29,391 nt of DNA from the NCBI GenBank assembly GCA_021847685.1, contig JAJZQE010000001.1:1-29391 (forward strand), written 5' to 3'. The notes under the pieces are model-generated. The model had not been told where the DNA came from. It saw nothing but the letters and a program-made list of their open reading frames with translations, and did no database searches. The stretch comes from a bacterium. Lineage in GTDB: Bacteria > Patescibacteriota > Saccharimonadia > Saccharimonadales > Saccharimonadaceae. Shown in pieces: positions 1 to 8,071 of this stretch (its first letter is position 1; every line of letters starts with the position of its first letter). The translations under genes were made by a program, and so were the position numbers.

Positions 1-315
1 AAATGCTTTTGGCTCGCTAACGGCAAGTTCAGCTAGGACCTTACGGTCAAGTTCGATATTAGCGGCTTTTAGGCCGGCAATCAGTTTACCGTAAGTCGTA
101 CCGACTTCACGGGCCGCTGCGTTAATTCTAGTGATCCAAAGACCGCGTAGGTCGCGCTTGCGGTTGCGACGGTCCCTATAAGCATACTGCAAGGCACGGA
201 TAACGGCTTGTTTAGCAAGACGGTATGAACGTGTACGGTTGTGTTGCATTCCCTTAGCAAGCTTCAAGATCTTCTTGTGCTTAGCTCGTGCTGTGACGCC
301 TCGTTTTACTCTCAT
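1..315 (-). CDS. rplT: 50S ribosomal protein L20, 3' end outside the window
   Basis: Manual translation from ATG at 315: [22 protein letters not shown]...[27 protein letters not shown]...[11 protein letters not shown]; follows rpmI. Absent from the ORF track because it is partial. Confidence 0.97.
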   Translation of the reverse strand, partial: MRVKRGVTARAKHKKILKLAKGMQHNRTRSYRLAKQAVIRALQYAYRDRRNRKRDLRGLWITRINAAAREVGTTYGKLIAGLKAANIELDRKVLAELAVSEPKAF

Positions 316-317
316 GA

Positions 318-512
318 TTAAATTCCTAACGCTCGTCGAACGTTTTTAGCCATCGCACCTGTAACAAATGCAGTGGTGTTGATATTTCGTTTACGTCCCT
401 TGCCTTTTTTTGAAAGCAGGTGAGCGCCGAAAGCGCGACGACGAGTCAATTTACCAGTGCTGGTAAGCTTGATTCGCTTAGCGGTTCCTTTGTGGGTCTT
501 TAACTTTGGCAT
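318..512 (-). CDS. rpmI: 50S ribosomal protein L35
   Basis: [21 protein letters not shown]; infC-rpmI-rplT gene order. Confidence 0.97.
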   Translation of the reverse strand: MPKLKTHKGTAKRIKLTSTGKLTRRRAFGAHLLSKKGKGRKRNINTTAFVTGAMAKNVRRALGI

Positions 513-1018
513 TATTTACTCCTTACTACTACACTCAGATTGCGGCCAGCCATCTGAGGCTTTTGCTCTAAAATTGCATCGTTCTCTAGTAGGTTAATGA
601 TTTTGTCGATCATAACGTACCCTAGTTCTTGGTGCGCCATCTCTCTTCCGCGAAAAACGACCAGGATTTTAACCTTGTGTCCATCGGACAAGAATTCACG
701 GATTTTGCGCAATTTAATCTCTAAATCATTTGCACCAATTTTAAGACCAAGCCTCATCTGCTTTAGTTCTGCAGTTTTGGCATTCTTGCGACTCTTCTGT
801 TGTTCTTTCATCTTCTGGTACTGATATTTGCCCCAGTCGATAACTTTTACAACCGGTGGATCGGCATTGGGCGATATCTCAACCAGGTCAACTCCAGCCT
901 CTTCGGCAATTTTAAGTGCCTCACTTCTGGTAAGTATGCCAAGTTGGTCGCCGTCTGGTCCAATCACACGTAAGTTTTCTGCGCGAATTGCTTCATTGAT
1001 GCGAATTGATGTACTGAT
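512..1018 (-). CDS. infC: Translation initiation factor IF-3; probable non-canonical start ATC at 1018 (or ATA at 1021)
   Basis: RINEAIRA...DLVEISPNADPPVVK..DWGKYQY, FRGREMAH; SD TAAGGAG at 1031-1025. The TTG start at 1096 in the ORF track coincides with a -35 box. Confidence 0.95.
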   Translation of the reverse strand: MSTSIRINEAIRAENLRVIGPDGDQLGILTRSEALKIAEEAGVDLVEISPNADPPVVKVIDWGKYQYQKMKEQQKSRKNAKTAELKQMRLGLKIGANDLEIKLRKIREFLSDGHKVKILVVFRGREMAHQELGYVMIDKIINLLENDAILEQKPQMAGRNLSVVVRSK

Positions 1019-1067
1019 TATTGTCTCCTTATTGAACGTACAATCTTTGAGTGTTAACTCGGTAGCT

Positions 1068-1096
1068 ATTTTATCAGATGTGGACAGGTAATTCAA
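1068..1096 (-). promoter_or_regulatory. Sigma70-type promoter of the infC operon
   Basis: TTGAAT-17 bp-TAAAAT with extended -10 TG. Confidence 0.7.
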
Positions 1097-1101
1097 GCAG
1101 A

Positions 1102-2607
1102 TTAGCCACGGTATTGCAGGGCCTCACTAATATGGGCTAGTAAAATATCATTTTCACCGTCTAAATCAGCAATTGTACGAGCGACTTTAATGATTTTTAA
1201 ATAGCTACGGGCGCTTAACGATAGGCGATCAGCGGCTTTTGATAAAAGATTTTTAACTTCTGGAGAAAGTGGGGCAAACTTTGAAATTTCGCGGTTGGTC
1301 ATATTAGCGTTGTATCTAGTACTACAGCCATATCTGTTTACTTGGGCTTTCTGAGCTTTTTTAATCATTTCTTTGGCAGATATATGTTGTAAATTACTCG
1401 ACGATGTTGCCTCTAATAAAGTTTCATGGGGGACGCGTGAGACGTGGACTACTATATCAATTCGATCAAGTAGCGGTCCGGATAATCTTTTTTGGTAGGA
1501 AAATATTTGCGTAGCCGAGCAAATACATTCCTTTGAGCTATCCCCATAATAGCCGCATGGACAGGGATTCATTGTCGCGACTAACATAAAATCGGCTGGA
1601 TAAATAGCTCGCCCTTCGGCTCGGCTAATGCCGATAGTTTTGTCCTCAAGGGGCTGGCGCAAGGCTTCAAGGCTCGCCCGTGGGTATTCAGGGAGTTCAT
1701 CAAGAAATAATACCCCAAGGTGGGCTAGGCTAATTTCACCCGGCTTTGGTCGATTCCCGCCACCGACTAAAGAGATTCGGCTAGAGGTGTGATGGGGCAT
1801 TCGAAACGATCGCTTGGTGATGATTTCTTCGCAGGCTTCACCCGCCAAGCTATGAAGCTTAGTGGTGGCGATTTGCTCCTCTGGAGATAGTGGTGGCAAG
1901 AGGTTGACCATGGCCTTGGCGAGCATTGTTTTGCCGGCTCCTGGCGAGCCGTTTAGCAAAATATTATGGTGGCCAGCGGCCGCGATTATCAGGGCGCGCT
2001 TGGCTTGATCTTGGCCCTTGACGTCGTCGATTAGTGGCGGCGAGTCCGGTTCGTTTAGGTCGGGCGTCTCGTTACGTACTAGTGGTAGAAGTTTAAGCTC
2101 GCTCTTAAGATGCAAAAAAATCTCTTTTAGGGAGGTGACTGGAATTACTTCAATGTCGCTGATTAAATTGGCCTGACGGGCACTGGCCACCGGTAAATAA
2201 ACGCGGCTATAGCCATGACGACGGGCTGTCTCGGCGATGCTGATAGCACCCTTTATAGGTCGCAGATTGCCGTCTAGTCCTAGTTCACCAGCGTAGATAG
2301 CCTTATCAAGCTCTTGTTGCCGTAGCTGGCCGCTAACGCATAAAACGGCTAGGGCAATAGGTAGGTCATAATGAGCGCCATCTTTGGGGAGCTCGGCCGG
2401 GGCTAGATTAATAGTGATACGCTTTTTAGGAAAATCTAATAAGGAGTTGGTAATAGCGCTGCGGACGCGCTCTTTAGCCTCGTCGATAGCCTTGTTACCT
2501 AGTCCGACGATCTGGAAAGAGGGCAGTCCATTAGTGGAATCGCTTTCAACCTCAACTAGCGACCCCTCGAAGCCTATTGGCGCAACTGTCATAACCCGAG
2601 CAACCAT
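1102..2607 (-). CDS. comM: YifB/ComM family Mg-chelatase-like AAA+ ATPase (start 2607 or 2616)
   Basis: ERVRSAI..S...FP..RITINLAPA, GSPGAGKT Walker A, PHHTSS, LFLDELPE, MNPCPCGY, SGPLLDRID. Confidence 0.9.
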   Translation of the reverse strand: MVARVMTVAPIGFEGSLVEVESDSTNGLPSFQIVGLGNKAIDEAKERVRSAITNSLLDFPKKRITINLAPAELPKDGAHYDLPIALAVLCVSGQLRQQELDKAIYAGELGLDGNLRPIKGAISIAETARRHGYSRVYLPVASARQANLISDIEVIPVTSLKEIFLHLKSELKLLPLVRNETPDLNEPDSPPLIDDVKGQDQAKRALIIAAAGHHNILLNGSPGAGKTMLAKAMVNLLPPLSPEEQIATTKLHSLAGEACEEIITKRSFRMPHHTSSRISLVGGGNRPKPGEISLAHLGVLFLDELPEYPRASLEALRQPLEDKTIGISRAEGRAIYPADFMLVATMNPCPCGYYGDSSKECICSATQIFSYQKRLSGPLLDRIDIVVHVSRVPHETLLEATSSSNLQHISAKEMIKKAQKAQVNRYGCSTRYNANMTNREISKFAPLSPEVKNLLSKAADRLSLSARSYLKIIKVARTIADLDGENDILLAHISEALQYRG

Positions 2608-2650
2608 AAGTATCATTAGTTAATCACGACTATCCTAAACGTGCAAATAA

Positions 2651-2659
2651 TGATATAAT
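2651..2659 (+). promoter_or_regulatory. Extended -10 promoter of ssrA
   Basis: TGaTATAAT 14 nt upstream of the tmRNA 5' end. Confidence 0.6.
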
Positions 2660-2673
2660 CAATCTGTTACGTT

Positions 2674-3078
2674 GGGGCTGACTTTAGCTTTGACGGAAGG
2701 ATTTTAACAGGTTATTTTGCAAGTCGACCGTGGGCGTAACCCACAAATTTTAATTGCAACAGCATTTAAAACAGCAAAAGCTAAGGTAGTTGCGTTTGTT
2801 AATTCATTCCAACCCCTTACTCTTGCGCCAATCGCAGCCTAATACGCTCGATCATCACTTTCTGCAGGCGACATAGACAGCTAGTGGTGTTATAAGCATG
2901 TCGCTTATTAGTTTGATGGGCAGCAATGTCAAACTAAGACATTTTTTTGCGCGGTAATCGTAGTATTTTACGTCTGACTCCTAGCTAGGAAAGCCGTTAA
3001 CAATCAAGACAGACTAAACTTGTAGACGAATAATCGGTTACCTTTCGGACCGGGGTGCGATTCCCCGCAGCTCCACCA
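2674..3078 (+). ncRNA. ssrA: tmRNA; tag frame 2756-2842 reads ATAFKTAKAKVVAFVNSFQPLTLAPIAA*
   Basis: 5' GGGGCTGA...TTTGACGG; 3' GGACCGGGGTGCGATTCCCCGCAGCTCCACCA with Ala G3:U70 acceptor stem; resume context TAATTGCA; tag ends AA-stop. Confidence 0.95.
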
Positions 3079-3089
3079 AAATTATAAAG

Positions 3090-3120
3090 AAATACTCACG
3101 AGTAGTGGGTATTTTTTATT
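3090..3120 (+). terminator. Intrinsic terminator of ssrA
   Basis: AATACTCAC-gagta-GTGGGTATT followed by a T tract. Confidence 0.75.
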
Positions 3121-3153
3121 AGGTACGCTACATATACGGCTTATTTTGTAAAT

Positions 3154-3187
3154 AAAAAAACAACCGCCTGCGAGGAACGGTTGTTTT
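3154..3187 (-). terminator. Intrinsic terminator, possibly bidirectional
   Basis: AAAACAACCG...CGGTTGTTTTTTT on the minus strand. Confidence 0.8.
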
Positions 3188-3250
3188 AATGTGGAGTTTT
3201 GAATAGCTGTTTGTTTTTGGCTCCTGCATAAGTTTTTTATTCAGAAGCTA
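3154..3250 (-). ncRNA. Candidate ~100-nt small RNA convergent with tmRNA
   Basis: Promoter TTGACA(3284-3279)-17-TATTAT(3261-3256); 5' hairpin GCUUCUG/CAGGAGC; ends in the terminator at 3187-3154. Confidence 0.55.
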
Positions 3251-3940
3251 CCCCTATAATATGTCGTCAAGACGCTTGTGTCAATAATAATTATAAAGAT
3301 TTTTCAGTAAAAAATACCACGCATTTATCTTCAGATTTTCTATATCTGTTAGCCGATTAACTATAGCTATAATGACATGAAGAATATGCACCTCGATGAT
3401 TGTAAAAAATGCGCTCGCATATGTTACTTTGCTGATTTAAGCGAACAGGCCGGGGGAATTAAGTTAAGTTTATAATGATATATAACTTGTTATTTACTTA
3501 TAATAAGTTAAGAATCTGCTTAAAGTCATACATATTAATTTTATAGTCTGACCCGGTCTGGTTATAAAAATTAATTGCTCTGGGTTTTTTGGTCGCACGT
3601 AATGTCGTGCGCTTTATTCATAATGATAATCAAACATCAAAACGAAATTTTACACACACACTTGTGTTATTTAAACGTATGATAGGGCTTTTTGTATTAA
3701 TATTTCGTACCGAACGTTAACGTAAATTATGGACTGCGCAAATTGACCGTTAGACATCCGTTGGCGCATTGCAAGGCCAGCGAAAAGTCTAATCATAACC
3801 GATTATATATCGCTGAACGGATAAAGGTTGTAAATATCACATTGTTGTATTTTAAATAAACATAATTTATTACATCTGTAATTATAAAACTGTAGTACGT
3901 AAAATGTAAAACCTACAACGTAAATACGACGTACTGTGTA

Positions 3941-3969
3941 TTGACCGATCTAAGAGCTTATGGTAAGGT
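3941..3969 (+). promoter_or_regulatory. Sigma70-type promoter upstream of the structured RNA
   Basis: TTGACC-17 bp-TAAGGT with TATG -16 motif. Confidence 0.6.
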
Positions 3970-3975
3970 AGACTC

Positions 3976-4333
3976 AAGCTTTTAAAAAACAAACATAAAG
4001 CCAAAAATACCTTAAAAATTTAATCAGCTTCATACCGATTTTGACGAATATTCGGTAACGACACGTAGCCAAATTGACTTGCGAATGCAGGACACGTACC
4101 TTTGCTACTTGCTGGCGTTACCGATGTTTCGCCAAATTGGCGTAACGCTTTATGTCTAGTACTGACGCCTCCGGCGTCGTGGAAGCACATAGAGATACGT
4201 ACAGACATATGCTCCTTAACTAAGGAGCGGTCAGTACGAATAGCCTGCAGCGGCAGGTGGTCAAGATTCACGGCTCAAATTTTATATTTAGGAGCGTCAG
4301 TTGCAATCTGGGCATTTACACTTGTCGCTCGGG
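3976..4333 (+). ncRNA. Candidate large structured ncRNA of unrecognised family
   Basis: Nested helices 4037-45/4260-68, 4052-60/4116-24, 4159-66/4230-37, 4211-17/4222-28, 4243-48/4253-58; G-U pairs orient it on the + strand; no credible CDS. Confidence 0.65.
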
Positions 4334-4379
4334 CTTGTTCAAATACAAATGATTATTTGGTGTTATAGTAATCATAAGT

Positions 4380-4766
4380 ATGTTGAAGAAAATAGTCGTC
4401 GTTATTACAATCGTAAGCCTCTGCTTACTAATCTTTCTGGTAAACACGTCAACACCTACGGGCATCGGTCCGTTTGGGATATTGGCGGTCTTTATGTCTG
4501 CTTATTTGTCATTACTTGGAGTAATGACTTTTTTTATATTTTCTGTCAGTAAACTAACGGCGCATTTGTCGACGGCTTTCACTGTTAGAAAACCAATTTT
4601 GGCACTTTCGTTTAAAAAATCATATTATTATTCGACCGTTTTTGCGGCGGCTCCGATTATGCTAATAGGCTTGCAGTCGGTCGGATCAATCAGTCCTTAT
4701 GAACTAGCATTGGTAGCGTTATTTGTTGTAATTGGCTGCATCTACATTACAAAAAGAACTAGTTAA
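4380..4766 (+). CDS. Hypothetical integral membrane protein (about 4 TM segments)
   Basis: 128 aa with four hydrophobic stretches; TGtTATAGT just upstream. Confidence 0.8.
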   Translation: MLKKIVVVITIVSLCLLIFLVNTSTPTGIGPFGILAVFMSAYLSLLGVMTFFIFSVSKLTAHLSTAFTVRKPILALSFKKSYYYSTVFAAAPIMLIGLQSVGSISPYELALVALFVVIGCIYITKRTS

Positions 4767-4809
4767 TTTCTCTACATAAGCTTAATATCATTATGCTATA
4801 ATTACAGAT

Positions 4810-5226
4810 ATGGAACCGGAAACCTCGTTACCTAAGAACGGACCCGAGCGAGCCCCTGATGGCTATGATCAATCTATTGAGCGCGCACCCCTGTATGTGA
4901 GCCCGGAAACCGGCATAGAAACCGGTGCGGAGCGTCGTGAGCAAGTGGCCGAAGCTGCTGCAGCTGCCGCCGACAGTAGTGGCTTGCCGACTGCCTTGCC
5001 AGCACCAGTTGTTGTGACTGCTTCGCCGGTCGACGATACAACACAGATTAGCACGGCGCCACTGGTGGCGGGGGACGATGACTTGATTGAAAAAGAATGG
5101 GTTGATCGTGCCAAGAAGATTGTGGCCGAGACCAAGGAGGATCCTTATAAGCGCGAAGCGGCAGTCAGCCAGCTTCAGAAGGATTACCAGAAAAAACGCT
5201 ATGGAAGGGAATTGGGTGAGGCCTAG
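4810..5226 (+). CDS. Hypothetical protein with Pro/Ala-rich N-part and charged C-terminal domain
   Basis: 138 aa; C-terminal DLIEKEWVDRAKKIV..T.EDPY; TGcTATAAT ends 7 nt before the ATG. Confidence 0.85.
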   Translation: MEPETSLPKNGPERAPDGYDQSIERAPLYVSPETGIETGAERREQVAEAAAAAADSSGLPTALPAPVVVTASPVDDTTQISTAPLVAGDDDLIEKEWVDRAKKIVAETKEDPYKREAAVSQLQKDYQKKRYGRELGEA

Positions 5227-5256
5227 GCCCCTACACCTGATACAAAGGTTGGGCAA

Positions 5257-8070
5257 ATGCTTAATTTTATCATAACAGTGGTCGTTGTTATCGCGTTGAT
5301 GGGCGTGGTGCTGGCGTTTGTCTTTTCGCAGTACAAGAAAACTTTACGTGAAGCCAAAAACTACGAACGTGGTCTGAAGATGGTGCCGCTATATATACAT
5401 ATCCCACCGTCAAGTGATGACCTAGAGGGCAATGGCCGTGACGAGCGCGATGTAACTGAAGAGGTTTTGTCTCAGGCGCAGGTTATGTATAACATTCTAG
5501 CGAGCACGGCTACAAAAGGCTTTAAGAGTCGCGTTTATGGCCAGCGACATATTTCGCTTGAAATCGTCGCTCATGAAGGCCTTGTTCATTATTATGCGGT
5601 CGTACCAACGGTATTGATTGATGTTGTGACACAGGCGATTGCCGCGGCTTATCCTTCGGCTCGTCTGGAGGAAGTCAAGGAACGCAATATATTTAATCAG
5701 GCCGGTAAATTAAGTGGTACGATTGGTGGCGAGTTTACGCTGAAGAAGAGTTTTGTCTATCCAATTGCGACTTATCAGGAATCAAAGCGCGATGCCGCCC
5801 GGGCGCTTTTGAACGCTTTGTCGGCCGCTAATCGTGAAGATGGGATAGCGGTGCAGATTTTACTGCGACCGGCGGCTGACGGCTGGACTAAGAACTCGAT
5901 TTTTTTTGCTAACCGTATTAAAAAGGACAAAGGTCAGAAAAAGACCGGGTTTGACGGTCTGTTTGATCCTAAGGCTTTAATGGAAGCTTTATGGAAACCG
6001 CCCGAAGCGAGTGATATTAAGCCCGAGGACAAGCAATTAACGTCGCTTGAGCAGTCGTTGGTTGAGTCAATTGAGGAGAAAACTAGGCATCCTGGTTACG
6101 AGACGTTGATTCGCGTGGTTGTGTCCTCAAACACGGCGGCCAGGTCGCAGACGCTACTCAAAAACGTGGTGTCGGCTTTTTCGTTATTTGACTCATCAAC
6201 TAACAATGGTTATAAATTTACCGTTGCCAAAGATATTGAAGAGTTGGTGACGGCTTATATATTTAGGTTCTTTCCTCAGTCGGTCAATCAAAACATTTTA
6301 AATAGTGTTGAATTGGCGACAATATTTCACCTACCGGATCAAAATAGTATTCCGACTTCCCAGGTTCAGCGCCAGATGGCAAAACAAGTTGATGGTCCGA
6401 CTCAGGTTATGGATGAGGGCTTTTTGCTCGGCTATAATGAATTCCGCGGTGTTAAAAAGCAAATCAGACTCAGTACTAATGATCGCCGCCGTCATACCTA
6501 TATGATCGGTCAGACCGGTACAGGAAAGTCTGGTCTGTTAGAGAATTTGGCGTTTCAGGATATGATGGACGGTCGCGGCTTTGCCTTTATTGACCCGCAC
6601 GGTGATTCAGCCGAGAAGCTGCTAGGCATGGTGCCAAAAGAGCGAGTTGAAGATGTAATTTACTTTAGTCCAGCTGATATGGAGAACCCGATTGGCCTGA
6701 ACTTGTTTGAGTTTGAGAACCAAGATCAGCGTGACTTCTTGATTCAGGAATCCATCGCGATGCTCTATAGGCTGTACGACCCAGGACACACCGGTATTAT
6801 TGGCCCAAGGTACGAGCACTGGTTTCGTAACGCCGCCCTGACGATTATGAGCGACCCGCAAGGCGCAACCTTTATTGATGTTCCGCAGGTTTTTAACGAC
6901 CAATCATTTACAGATGAGAAGTTAAAATACGTGACTGACCGCACAGTTTTGGATTTTTGGCACAAAGAAATGGCGCAAACTAGCGAAGCGAATAAATCAG
7001 AAGTGCTCGGTTGGTTTGTCAGTAAGTTTGGCGCCTTTTTGTCGAACGAGATGATGCGTAATGTGATCGGTCAAACCAAAAGCGGCTTTAATCTACGCGA
7101 AATTATGGATAACAAAAAGATACTGCTGGTTAACCTCGCCAAAGGTCGTACGGGTGAGTTGAACTCGCAATTACTTGGTATGATTTTTGTGATGAAGTTC
7201 CAGGCGGCCGCCATGGGTCGAGCCGATGTGCCAGAGGACGAACGTGAAGACTTTGCGCTGTATGTCGATGAGTTCCAGAACTTTGCAACTGATAGCTTTG
7301 AATCAATTCTATCCGAGGCCAGGAAATATCGCCTAAACCTAGTCCTGGCAAACCAGTTTATGACTCAGTTAACTGATAAAATTCGCGAGGCGATTATTGG
7401 TAACATCGGTACGGTGATTAGCGGTCGTATCGGTATTACTGATGCCGAATTGTTGCAAAAGAAGTTTGCGCCGACTTTTGATGCCGAAGATTTAACTAAG
7501 TTGCCGAACTTCCAGACGATTGCCTCAGTTATGATTAATAACGTGCCGTCAGCCGCCTTTAGTATGGCGCTGCTGCCACCAATGGGTGCATCTAATCCGC
7601 AATTGCGTGACGCGCTCAAAAAGCTGTCGGCGGCTAAATATGGCCGTCCACGCGCCGTAGTCGAAAAAGAGATTTTTGCTCGACTTGGTGCAGGTGATGC
7701 AGCCCGTAAAGCCAAGATGGAGGCCATGAAGGACGCTCAGCGTAATCGCTTTAGTCCGCCAACTCATGCTCAGCCACAAACGGGCGGCACGTCATTTTTG
7801 GATGAGTGGCTTGCAAAACGTCAGCAGATTGTTGCATCAAAGCTAGCTACGCAGCCGTCTGTAAATGGGCAGGGCCAACCTGAGGTCAAGCCAGTTATAC
7901 AGCAACCACCGGCCTCGAACACGACGTTCCAGCCCTTTCAAGCAGCTATTAATAATCCTGTAGCCGAGCCAGAAGTTCCCAAGATTAGTTCTGATGAGCA
8001 GGCTAGGCTACACGTTCATGAGCCGGGCAAAAACAATGCTGGCGACGAAATCTCGATTAAGCTACGATAG
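5257..8070 (+). CDS. Membrane-anchored VirD4/TraG/HerA-like (type IV coupling protein-like) ATPase
   Basis: N-terminal TM; Walker A GQTGTGKS; FIDPHGD; Walker B LYVDEFQNF; LSEARKYRL; low-complexity tail. Confidence 0.85.
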   Translation: MLNFIITVVVVIALMGVVLAFVFSQYKKTLREAKNYERGLKMVPLYIHIPPSSDDLEGNGRDERDVTEEVLSQAQVMYNILASTATKGFKSRVYGQRHISLEIVAHEGLVHYYAVVPTVLIDVVTQAIAAAYPSARLEEVKERNIFNQAGKLSGTIGGEFTLKKSFVYPIATYQESKRDAARALLNALSAANREDGIAVQILLRPAADGWTKNSIFFANRIKKDKGQKKTGFDGLFDPKALMEALWKPPEASDIKPEDKQLTSLEQSLVESIEEKTRHPGYETLIRVVVSSNTAARSQTLLKNVVSAFSLFDSSTNNGYKFTVAKDIEELVTAYIFRFFPQSVNQNILNSVELATIFHLPDQNSIPTSQVQRQMAKQVDGPTQVMDEGFLLGYNEFRGVKKQIRLSTNDRRRHTYMIGQTGTGKSGLLENLAFQDMMDGRGFAFIDPHGDSAEKLLGMVPKERVEDVIYFSPADMENPIGLNLFEFENQDQRDFLIQESIAMLYRLYDPGHTGIIGPRYEHWFRNAALTIMSDPQGATFIDVPQVFNDQSFTDEKLKYVTDRTVLDFWHKEMAQTSEANKSEVLGWFVSKFGAFLSNEMMRNVIGQTKSGFNLREIMDNKKILLVNLAKGRTGELNSQLLGMIFVMKFQAAAMGRADVPEDEREDFALYVDEFQNFATDSFESILSEARKYRLNLVLANQFMTQLTDKIREAIIGNIGTVISGRIGITDAELLQKKFAPTFDAEDLTKLPNFQTIASVMINNVPSAAFSMALLPPMGASNPQLRDALKKLSAAKYGRPRAVVEKEIFARLGAGDAARKAKMEAMKDAQRNRFSPPTHAQPQTGGTSFLDEWLAKRQQIVASKLATQPSVNGQGQPEVKPVIQQPPASNTTFQPFQAAINNPVAEPEVPKISSDEQARLHVHEPGKNNAGDEISIKLR

Positions 8071-8071
8071 A

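Noticed and set aside
3040..3120. Integrated element at the tmRNA 3' end
   Set aside because: No integrase and no duplicated ssrA 3' end seen in the window
3377..3475. 32-aa ORF MKNMHLDDCKKCARIC... with CxxCxxxC
   Set aside because: No SD, very short, overlaps predicted RNA helices; unsupported without conservation data
3483..3510. dif-like 11-6-11 inverted repeat
   Set aside because: Arms lack the TAA/TTA inner ends and the XerD consensus; the single mismatch is a G-U, which fits an RNA hairpin better
3290..3940. Replication origin in the AT-rich gap between divergent gene blocks
   Set aside because: Only one relaxed DnaA box (TTTTACACA near 3647), no dnaA nearby, and a spot check suggests the + strand is G-rich on the left side too, so no skew switch
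4024..4333. RNase P, SRP, 6S, group I/II intron or retron identity for the structured RNA
   Set aside because: No GAGGAAAGTCC, no SRP helix 8 motif, no single long rod, no P7 or domain V consensus, and no reverse transcriptase in the window
4020..4552. Track ORFs 4020-4271, 4102-4368 and 4301-4552
   Set aside because: No SD or recognisable motifs; they overlap the structured RNA or the real 4380 gene
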